A DNA stretch of 29,821 nt from the NCBI RefSeq assembly GCF_006345805.1, contig NW_021832695.1, forward strand, positions 1-29,821. Reading direction: 5' to 3'. The position numbers were made by a program, and so were the translations under genes. Positions within the stretch are counted from its first letter, which is position 1. The number at the start of each line of letters is the position of its first letter. A model generated the notes under the pieces. It worked only from the letters and a program-made list of their open reading frames with translations. It did not search any database and had not been told where the DNA came from. Source of the DNA: Octopus sinensis. Its lineage: Eukaryota. This document shows positions 1-9,669 of this stretch, piece by piece.

Positions 1-38
1 TACATGTATGTATAAGTATGCACGTGTGTCTGCGTGTG

Positions 39-56
39 TGTATATATATATATCTA

Positions 57-93
<37 letters not shown>

Positions 94-344
94 ATAATAT
101 GTACAGGGTATGAAGGGTAAATTGTCCGCCATTTTATAGTCTTAATTTCGCGCATGTGCAGTGTTTGTTTTTGATTTTGTCAACTACACAGTGTAGTAGG
201 GTCAGTTGGGCACCGTCAGTGAGAAAACCAGCACCACGACGCAATTCACACTGCCAGAAATTTGGAAACGACATGCTGTACTGCTTAGCACTCGCGCCGG
301 AAGTTCCACTACGAACGCCACGCATCCTTTTATGTGTGTGTATA

Positions 345-376
<32 letters not shown>

Positions 377-475
377 GATATATATATATATTATATATTA
401 TATATTATATATATATATATACTACATACATACAATATATATATATATATATATATTAATATATATATAATATAA

Positions 476-513
<38 letters not shown>

Positions 514-603
514 ACTATATATATTTATTTATATATACATATATATATTTATATATATATATCATATATATATTTATATATCTATATTCATACTACATAC
601 ATA

Positions 604-640
<37 letters not shown>
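39..640. repeat. Imperfect (TA)n microsatellite tract, interrupted by a short unique segment
   Basis: Directly visible runs at about 39-100 and 340-640. Confidence 0.95.
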
Positions 641-642
<2 letters not shown>

Positions 643-644
643 AA

Positions 645-983
645 GGGTAAGACCCCCTTCGGTCATGAATGACATGGGATTGCACCTAGAAAGTTACCCT
701 CCTAAACACAAGTCCGGGCAAGGTTGTTTATGGAAGACCAGCAGTCGCCCATGCATACCAGCCTCCCCTCTCCACGCCACCAGTGTTATCCAAGGGAAAG
801 AGAAAGGTCGATACAGCTTGGCACCAGTGACATCGCAACTCATTTCTACAGCTGAGTGAACTGGAGCAACGTGAAATAAAGTGCTTTGCTCAAGAACACA
901 ACACGCAGCCCGGTCCGGGATTCGAGCTCACAACCTCACGATCGTAAGCTCGACGCTCTAAATACTGAGCCATGCGCCTTCAC
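645..983 (-). mobile_element. tRNA-derived SINE with CORE-like central domain
   Basis: Minus strand reads GGCGCATGGCTCAGT...GAGCTCGAATCCCGGACC (tRNA-like head, Pol III A/B boxes), then GTGTTCTTGAGCAAAGCACTTTATTTCAC..CAGCTGTAGAAATG, which resembles the CORE domain. Homologous copies lie at 7596 and 28279. Confidence 0.8.
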
Positions 984-1006
984 ACATATATATATATATA
1001 TATATA

Positions 1007-1150
1007 CGACAGGCTTCTTTCAATTTCCGTCTACCAAATCCACTCACAAGGCTTTAGTCGGCCCGAGGCTATAGTAGAAGACATTTACTCAAAGTGCCAC
1101 GCAGTGTGACTGAACCAAGAGCCATGTAGTTGGTAAGCAAAGTTACCACA
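1007..1150 (-). mobile_element. 5' half of a microsatellite-containing SINE
   Basis: Shares CTACTATAGCCTCGGG..AAAGCCTTGTGAGTGGATTTGGTAGACGGAAA with copies at 2839, 4430 and 27925. Ends in (TA)n. Confidence 0.8.
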
Positions 1151-2108
1151 CACCCACTCCTTGTATTACTTATAAAATATGCAATATTATGTATTATGAG
1201 GACTAATTTCAGTGAATTATCTTATCTGCAACTCCTTTGAAAGGAAACTAAAGAGAGCAGTCGGAAATTTTCAGGCCTATTGATATTGCGCCAGAAATTA
1301 TCGCCAGCAGCATGCTGTGGTTCTCATCTACAGTAGAAGATCAATAGATACTGTCACCAGAATTACTTCGTTTCTGTGGATCGAAGTAAAATAAACGTTA
1401 TGTATCGAGGGATTAAGAGAGCTTGTTGTCTTAAACAAAATGTAGAATGCTGTCGGGGAGCTGTTAACGTGTTTGTATGAAAGAATATATTCTCTATTCC
1501 CTCGGCAACACACATTAAAAACCTTCAAAGTTATTATAAATGCTAGGTTTACATGATCTAACGAAGCGAAAATCGTTTCGAACTGGGGTGGTGAGGGGGT
1601 GGCGGGAGTGAAAAAAAATTTTTTTTCTTTCTTTCATGAAAAGATGCCTCCCATCATTCTGAAGACTTTGATGAAAAACATTGGAAAAAATCCCCGTCAA
1701 AACGAAGAAATTCCAACTTATATGGACCGTTTGATCCGAAACTCCGTTTACCAGAAACTCCTGTCCCCGCCCCCTTCCAAAGATTTTGCCTACAAATTTC
1801 TTTGTAATCGTAATCTACACCATTTGAAAGATATTTGTATAAAATTTCATCAAAAAATACCTATTTTCCAGATCGTTATGAGGGGGGAAATGTTTGGCTC
1901 TGTGAATTTTCCGAACCTCCTATCACCAACTCGGAATATTTTGCCAACAACTCTTTACATACACTCAATCTACAGGATATAATCGATTATTTGGTGAAAG
2001 TTTCGTTAAAAAGTATCCATTTTTCTAGAAGTTATAAAGCAACAAAGTCGGTGTGGTATTAAACTGTAGTTAAGCTTTTATCAATAAAAATTGACGTTAA
2101 CGGATTAA

Positions 2109-2302
2109 GGCCAGCAATTTCGGGGGTGGGTTGTAAATCAATTACATCAATTCAGTACTTGACAGGTACTTATTTTATCAACCCCGAAGGGATAAAAGGC
2201 AAAGTCAACCTCGGCAGAATTTGAACTCAGAATGTAAAGACGGGCCAAATACCGCTAAGGATTTTGCCCGGCATGCTAACAATTCTATCAGCTCGTTGCC
2301 TT
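2109..2302 (-). mobile_element. SINE with Meta-like central domain
   Basis: Minus strand contains GAGTTCAAATTCTGCCGAGGTTGACTTTGCCTTTTATCCCTTCGGGGTTGATAAAATAAGTACC. Homologues lie at 2337, 28190 and 29200. Confidence 0.75.
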
Positions 2303-2336
2303 AGGAGAATGATAATATTGATTTCAAGTTTTAGCG

Positions 2337-2490
2337 CAAGGTCAACAATTTCGGGCGAAGAGACAAGTCGATTACATCGACCCCAGTACTCAACTAGTAC
2401 TTATTTTATCGACCCCAAAGGGATGAAAGGTAAAGTGGACCCCGGAGAAATTTGAACTGAGAACGTGAAAACGTACGAAATTTCGCTAAC
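2337..2490 (-). mobile_element. Second, adjacent Meta-like SINE copy (5'-truncated)
   Basis: TACTTATTTTATCGACCCCAAAGGGATGAAAGGTAAAGTGGACC matches the 2109 copy. Confidence 0.75.
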
Positions 2491-2612
2491 AAGAGAAGGA
2501 TAATATTAACATGAAATGTAGCCTCTCTTGGGGTCGTAATCGTTACATCATGTTATATCTTCAAGGCCTCGCTTTTGCAATTTAAGAACAGAAGATAACT
2601 TCAAATAATCTA

Positions 2613-2830
2613 ATGGACAAACGAGCCAATGAAGCACTAAAACTTCTAGATTGCAACAATATATGTCGATTAAGTAACTCTTCTATAGCGAACATAACAC
2701 GTGTAATCAGCAGCTGTTCAAAAATGCCATTGATCTACTAATTCTCATTGCAACAAGATGTTGTTGCTGAAACAATATACGAAGCCATTCGCAGAAAATA
2801 CTGCCCCGGCACAAATATAAACAACGGCTT
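2613..2830 (+). pseudogene. Decayed zinc-knuckle region of an RLE-type (R4/Dong-like) LINE ORF
   Basis: Hand translation gives ...DCNNICRLSNSSIANITRVISSCSKMPLIY*FSLQQDVVAETIYEAIRRKYCP. This resembles the CRLC..E.I.H..S.C....Y..RHD.VA..I motif that precedes restriction-like endonucleases. Confidence 0.5.
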
Positions 2831-2838
2831 TGCTATGG

Positions 2839-3170
2839 TTTCTACTATAGCCTCGGGATAACCAAAGCCTTGTGAGAGGATTTGATTGACGGAAACTGGA
2901 AGAAACACGTCGTATAAATATGTGCGTGCGTATGTGTGTATGAGTGTGAATCTTTGTATCTGTGTTTGTCACCCACCACCGCTTGACAACTGGTGTTTGT
3001 TAGTTTACGTCCCCGTAACACATCGGTTCGGCAAAAAAGACCGATACAATAGGTACCAGGCTTTTAAAAAATTAAGTACTGGGGTTGATTCATTCGACTA
3101 AAATTCTTGAAGGCGTTGCCCCAGCGTGGCCGCAGTTTAATGGCTGAAACTAGTAAAAATAAAAGATATA
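2839..3170 (+). mobile_element. SINE (head-truncated) with internal microsatellite and full 3' half
   Basis: Same family as 1007-1150. The 3' half is homologous to 27120-27290. Confidence 0.8.
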
Positions 3171-3224
3171 TAAAAAAAAGCAAGAAATATTGATGGACAA
3201 ATTGATGGACAATATTGTTGGACA

Positions 3225-3360
3225 AAAGAGCCCAATAGAATAAATACTAGGCGAAAATATAATAAGTCCTAGCGTCGATTTGCTCCAGTAAAACCTCTCA
3301 AGGCGGTGCTGTAGCATGACTGCAATCAAATGACTGAAACAAATAAAAGAATAAAAGAGT
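3225..3360 (+). mobile_element. 3' end of the same SINE family
   Basis: AAGGCGGTGCTGTAGCATGACTGCAATCAAATGACTGAAACAAATAAAAG matches 3110-3170. Confidence 0.7.
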
Positions 3361-3954
3361 ATATATATATATATCCTTTGTACCTTCCCTCTGTCCCTTC
3401 TTCTCTCTTTCTCTTTCTCTCTGTAGTTCCTTCCTTAATTCTTCAATCTCTCTTCACCCTACCTCTCTCTGTTCCTAATACGTGACCAGTATTCGGCCAA
3501 ACATGATCTTTCTTTTTCGGCTTGACCGCCGCCCTTACAACACTTTATTTTCCTGTCTCCTAACTTTCACCTATGTTTTTGCCTTAAGGCTTTCACTCCA
3601 CACGCCAGCTTTACTTAGTCGAAAGACACCTGTTGTTATTCTCTTGTTGTTTGTATTTGTAATCGTATAAGATTTCCTCTGTTTTGTCGGGGGGGTTTTT
3701 TTTGGGGGGGGGGTCTGTGTTGTACGCATTCGCTTGCTTTCTTCTCAAAATTTAACGCTCTTCTCTTAGATTTATAGGGCCTACCAATTTTGAACAGTCT
3801 CAAGTGTAACAGGCCGAAACTGTAATGATAATTGAAAGCTTGGCTAATGAAAAAAGGGCCACGAATGATCCGACCTAGTATTTCCCGTCCGTCTTTGTAT
3901 CACCTATCTGCCCGTACGCTTTATTATCGTTCGTTACGTTTTTATTCGGTGTTT

Positions 3955-4170
<216 letters not shown>

Positions 4171-4175
4171 ACAGG

Positions 4176-4310
4176 CGACAACCTGGAAAAGCTTGGATTT
4201 TCAGGTGAAGAAAGAAAAAGAAACAACCAGCTTACATTCACTTTACAGATACAATCCGTAAGTGGAACAGTAAAAGTATAGATGCTTTTCTGAAAGTTCA
4301 TCATGTGACA
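4176..4310 (+). pseudogene. C-terminal fragment of RLE-type LINE ORF
   Basis: [14 protein letters not shown]...LQIQSVSGTVKV is homologous to the 27500 and 5372 fragments. Confidence 0.55.
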
Positions 4311-4429
4311 TTTATCGCTGGTGTTATCCAACTTCCAACGACGAAGCTTTGTCTACTTGTTGGGAAAATTCTAGTAATTAAAGACGAATTACATGCAAGA
4401 AATTATGGGCAAGTGTCATGTGCTGCAGC

Positions 4430-4715
4430 TCCGAGTTATTTGGTAGATGGAAACTGAAAGAAGCCCATGGAATATATGTATGTACGCGCGCGTTTGAGTA
4501 TGTATGAGTGTGTTACAGTCACCATCATGCAAGAAATGTCCTTCATTTCCAGTCTTCCAAGATGTATCTGGTCGTGGGGAAATATTACCTTACTTGGGAC
4601 ACAGGGGATGAATGGCGACGAAAAGGGCATCTAGCCGTAGAAAATCCGCCTCGACAAATTCCGTCAAACCCATTCGAGCACGGAAAAGTGAACGTTAAAC
4701 GATGATAATGAATGA
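4430..4715 (+). mobile_element. SINE fragments (4430-4475, family of 1007; 4560-4715, a SINE 3' tail)
   Basis: TTTGGTAGATGGAAACTGAAAGAAGCCC; GGAAATATTACCTTACTTGG..AAGGGCATCTAGCCGTAGAAAATCCGCCTC..GGAAAAGTGAACGTTAAACGATGAT. Confidence 0.6.
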
Positions 4716-5371
4716 TATGTGCAAGACGTGCTGTCCAGACGAACATATAAATTACACACCCGGCCCAAAACATATCCCTACGTTTAAAGATAATGAATAC
4801 TAGGGAGCAGTAATTGAATATTTCAGTGGAGACAGCAAACCCAAGCAAATGCGGGGGACCTATGTGTGTTCTATAGGACAGGAAACAGACGTCACCGAAG
4901 CAGTTACATGCTCAAGTGATGATGTGAAAAATTTCGTCTAAAGTGGAAAAGAGAACCTTTGTGATAAACTAATGCAAAAACTTAGAGGCCTTGTATCCAG
5001 GCTATTCTTATTCGTAAAGATTTTCATTGGCGCACTGTGCTGTGTAACGTATGGACCGTCCGTCCATATGTACGTACGTACATACACATACATACAGAAC
5101 ATCCATACATGCAAATGCACATATGTATGTATACATACATACATAAATGCATACATGCATATACAATCCATCCTTCCATACATACATACATACATACATA
5201 CATACATACATACATACATACATACATACATACATACATGCAGGCACGCAGACATACACACACACACACACACACAAAGAGAAACAGGACATCTATGGAC
5301 CATTGCAAATCCAATACCCAAGATACACTTTCAGTTTGGTGCTTATTTTTCCTAGAGCAACAGAATACATA

Positions 5372-5520
5372 CTAACCCATCTGGAGCAAAGTATGACTGA
5401 ACTTGGATTCTCGGGGACAAATGATCATGATATCTGGGACTATAAAATATCTGCAAGACCCTCTTAAGATTTAAAGGATGACCAAGAAAACAAGATGTTT
5501 TCCTTCAGAACCTTGCTAGC
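5372..5520 (+). pseudogene. Third, more decayed RLE-LINE C-terminal fragment
   Basis: LTHLEQSMTELGFSG...ISGTIK pattern, homologous to 4176 and 27500. Confidence 0.4.
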
Positions 5521-5830
5521 AAGCAGCTGGCCGATCAAAATTTATTTTAAATTAAAAAGAGAACGAGAACATCCATCCATCAATCCATCCATCCATCCAT
5601 ACACTCATACATACATACATACATACATACATACATACATACATACATACATACATACATACATACGTATTTACGACGCATATACGTGTGTACGTACTTA
5701 ATACATTCGTAATACAAGTTTAAATATAAGATCTACAAATATAGTGCATACGTATAGATTGACAAACAATCAAATACATACATACATACATATGTACATA
5801 TATGCATACATACATACATATATATATATT

Positions 5831-5893
<63 letters not shown>

Positions 5894-6665
5894 ATGGAAA
5901 CACAATAACATACATTTATAAACATACATAAATATATAATTACATCCATAACTACATATATTCATCATTCGACATTCAACACACAACTAATCTGTAACGA
6001 AGCGTGGTTAAACTTTATGAGTTGATGGAAAATGGATAAAAATACCATTGTTAGCTGGAATCTCTTTTGTTCGAAAAAAATATGTGAAGATTTCTCTTCA
6101 AAGGTAATCTCCAGACAAATTTAATAAATAAATCTTAATTTAACTTAGCAAACGATTTAGCAGACGATATCAAACGCTACCTACAATGGAGTAGACGAGT
6201 TTGTAGTTCCGTGGTGTATTTTTGTCGTCTTTTGTTATTTTATTTTCGTTGTCTTTGATTATTTTTGTGTGTTTATGTGTTTGTGTGTGTGTTGTTTTTT
6301 CTTCTTATAGCCATACAATTACTTATGCAAAACATAACGCGCGTGAGTGTGTGTGTGTGCGCGCGCGTGTGTATGTGCGCGCGCGCGTTGTGTAAGATAG
6401 ATAGAGATAGAGAAAGGGAGAGGAAGAGAGAGAATGTGTATACGTAGTATATGTTTGCTTATGTTCGTGTGTAGACGTACATAAAAGTTTGTATGTGCTT
6501 ACATATACATTCATACACGCACACATATATGCATACATACACTCACTCACACACACTTTCAAACACAGATATGAAAGTATGTATATATAATTTCAGGCAT
6601 ACATTTCTTACACTCACTCATACAGCTCACTCACGTATTGTGAATACATCATGTCAAAAATATAC

Positions 6666-6714
<49 letters not shown>

Positions 6715-7595
6715 TAAACATACATAGATGCATACATGCATGAATACATTCACACACACACGCATATAAATATATCTATAGTATTGTATGTGTGTGAAAG
6801 AGAGGGGAGAGACGGGGAGAGAGAGAGAGAGTGTGTGTGTGTGCGTGCGTGTGTGTGTATGTGTGTGTGTGCGTGTGTGTGTGTGTGCGTGTGTGTGTGT
6901 GTGTCTGCGTGCGTGTGTAGAAAGGAGTTCAGGTCGTTTATCGATTCTCTGAAGTTTTCGTAAAATATGTTTCATTTCAGTGATTAAACAGCCATTCGTT
7001 GGATCACTTGAATGACTTTACATCTGAAACGTTGGTGTCTTTTGGTACACTGTCACAATTAGATAACAGAAATGAAAAGATTTTTTTTTCTTTTTTCTTT
7101 TTTTTTTCAAATAGTGAGGGCAGAAGAAAGCAACTTAAACATAAGAAATGGGCCATTGATAATTATTGAAATATTTTCTCCTAATTTCTAATTAGAATTT
7201 TGCGTTATTTTTAGATGTTAAAAGGTTGGATAGAATCATTTGAAATATTAATTGGTCCATGAACCTTGTGATCTACTTTCCAAATATTTCACAGTCATTG
7301 GGATATTTTTCTTGGAAGTTTTACTCTTCTCTTTATTGTATTTATAACATTATACTAAATTTTTCAGTTCGCTTTAGTGGTCTGAATTTTTTTCTTTTTT
7401 TTTTTTTTGACAAGATTCATCTTCAGATTTAATTCACTTAAGTTTTTCTCATATTTGCATATACCGTTGCGACTTAGATTGACCAAATTGACTGAATATT
7501 GGGCTAATCGGATCAGTGTCTGTCATCACGATACTAAACTACCAACGTTCACCTGTACCAAACAGTAAGTAGATATTCCATAGTAACATAGATAT

Positions 7596-7808
7596 GGTGG
7601 AGGCGCATAGCTTAGTGGTTAAGGTGTCGGCATCGTAAGATTGTGGTTTCGATTCCTGGACCGGGCGACGCGTTGTGTTCTTGAGCAAAACACTTCATTT
7701 CACGTTGCTCCAGCCCACTCAGCTGGCAAAAATGGGAACCCATATGCCATAGAAACCTGGAAACCGGGCCCATGAGCCTGGCTAGGCTTTAAAAGGGCGC
7801 ATTTATTT
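7596..7808 (+). mobile_element. tRNA-derived CORE-like SINE
   Basis: GGAGGCGCATAGCTTAGTGGTTAAGG..GTTTCGATTCCTGGACCGGGCGACGCGTTGTGTTCTTGAGCAAAACACTT. Confidence 0.8.
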
Positions 7809-7824
7809 TTTATTATGAGCGTGC

Positions 7825-7872
<48 letters not shown>

Positions 7873-8080
7873 AAGAAGGGTAGTAATATTATTTATTACC
7901 AGGTGCCCAGCACAAAAGACGAATTAGTCATAGGACAAAAATATTATTCATATAGAAAAATATTATTCATGTGGTTATACAATTAAGGGCTCCTAAATAA
8001 AGATGCCGAGTGCTGGGAACACAAAAAGGGGATGAATTTATCGAGAGTGAAAATCAAAAACGTTTACCGATAACTTTAAC

Positions 8081-8156
8081 AACTCGTACCGCGGTTTCTG
8101 CTTCTTTTTAGCAAAACACAGAATATGTTTGCTAAGGCAAGCTTCATCAGCGAGTC
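8081..8156 (-). ncRNA. Type I hammerhead ribozyme (inverted identical copy)
   Basis: Exact reverse complement of 8608-8683. Confidence 0.8.
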
Positions 8157-8607
8157 GCCTGAATTTAATCGAGGTCTGCAGCGATGTGGGGCTATATGTT
8201 AAACCCGACTACTAGCAGATCTTAACTTTTCAAATCTCTGCGCAGACGCAAATTTGAAAAGGGTAATATTACTATCGATAAATTCATCCCCTTTTTGTGT
8301 TCCCAGCACTCGGCATCTTTATTTAGGAGCCCTTAATTGTATAACCACATGAATAATATTTTTCTATATGAATAATATTTTTGTCCTATGACTAATTCGT
8401 CTTTTGTGCTGGGCACCTGGTAATAAATAATATTACTACCCTTCTTGTTTATATTCGCATACTACATGATGAATTTATTCGTAAAATTCTTCCCGGCATG
8501 CCCGTGTAAATTTTGCGTCTGCGCAGAGATTTGAAAAGTTAAGATCTGCTAGTAGTCGGGTTTAACATATAGCCCCACATCACTGCAGACCTCGATTAAA
8601 TTCAGGC

Positions 8608-8683
8608 GACTCGCTGATGAAGCTTGCCTTAGCAAACATATTCTGTGTTTTGCTAAAAAGAAGCAGAAACCGCGGTACGAGTT
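8608..8683 (+). ncRNA. Type I hammerhead ribozyme
   Basis: Stem I GACTCG/CGAGTT; core CTGATGA (8614-20) and GAAA (8666-69); stem II GCTT/AAGC plus extended hairpin TTAGCAAA/TTTGCTAA; palindromic stem III ACCGCGGT; GUA triplet with predicted cut after 8677. The base of stem II is an A.A mismatch. Confidence 0.8.
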
Positions 8684-8760
8684 GTTAAAGTTATCGGTAA
8701 ACGTTTTTGATTTTCACTCTCGATAAATTCATCCCCTTTTTGTGTTCCCAGCACTCGGCA

Positions 8761-8807
<47 letters not shown>

Positions 8808-9167
8808 ATATATATATATGCACGCACGCTCATGCACACACACACACACTCACATATTTCCTGAACGTTTTCATTAAAATTTTATTGCAAGTTTTATTCA
8901 CTTGCACTTGCACCCTATACTGAAGTAAACCACGCCCCATCAGATTAATGTCACGCGTAACCAGTGAGAAACACTTGGTAAGATGATATTTGTCAGTAGA
9001 TGGGTTGACTCGTTACCAGGTTCTGAGACATCAACTCGGTGGGCATTCTTGACTACATTGGTCATATCTATGTTAAAAATAAAAAATAAATGCGCCTACA
9101 TATATATATATATATATATAAGGATAAGATCGATGTTTAAAATAGCGATCTTATCAGGTGGCCAGCA

Positions 9168-9217
<50 letters not shown>

Positions 9218-9518
9218 GATTTTATATGTGAGCAACTATAGATTACACGCTCTGATAGAATAATAATCAGAGGAGCTTGTATAGAGTGTCGTGTGCTATC
9301 TTGTAGTCTTTCGGGAGCTCGTTCGACTATTGTACTGTCAGAGTATGAAACTTATAGTAGTTCACATTTCAAATCCTGTGTATGTATCTCTCATTAGATG
9401 AAATATTATTTCATCAATTCCACCAATAACGGAACTATACACTATATACATGCATACACAAACGCACATACACCTACACACACCTAAACACACACATTAT
9501 CGACCACAAGTACTCAGT

Positions 9519-9669
9519 GTATGCTGCGGTTTAGCGTGATGGGGAGGATTCCTTCAAAGCACTGGGTGTTAAAACACCTTAAAGTTATAGACAGGCGAGA
9601 TAACTTTGGGATTAGGGGCAAGTTGACTCCTTTGAAGGAGTCGTCGCCACCGCGCGAACCGCAGCACAC
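9519..9669. mobile_element. Small fold-back element / putative MITE
   Basis: Imperfect inverted termini of about 38 bp: TGCTGCGGTT..GATTCCTTCAAAG (9522-9559) versus CTTTGAAGGAGTC..AACCGCAGCA (9630-9666). Confidence 0.5.

Larger units (their letters stand above)
7865..8763. mobile_element. Fold-back cassette, probable non-autonomous Penelope-like/retrozyme-like insertion
   Basis: 7865-8044 is the reverse complement of 8275-8454. 8045-8252 is the reverse complement of 8512-8719 (1 mismatch seen). 8720-8763 directly repeats 8275-8318 (period 445). Inserted in (TA)n and carries hammerheads. Confidence 0.75.

Noticed and set aside
900-983. tRNA-like sequences here and at 7596, 28279 and about 18566-18628
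   Set aside because: They are SINE heads with no complete cloverleaf or acceptor stem, and most run into SINE bodies.
1330-2068. Possible Tc1-like element bounded by TA-CAGT...ACTG-TA, including the 127-aa ORF at 1599
   Set aside because: The inverted match is only about 7 bp and the ORF has no transposase motif.
3770-3830. Hammerhead-like GGCCT...AGGCC-GAAACTGTA
   Set aside because: No CUGANGA before stem II and no convincing stem I; at best a decayed remnant.
9123-9155. 10-bp perfect hairpin GATAAGATCG/CGATCTTATC
   Set aside because: Isolated, with no context; compatible with chance in 30 kb.
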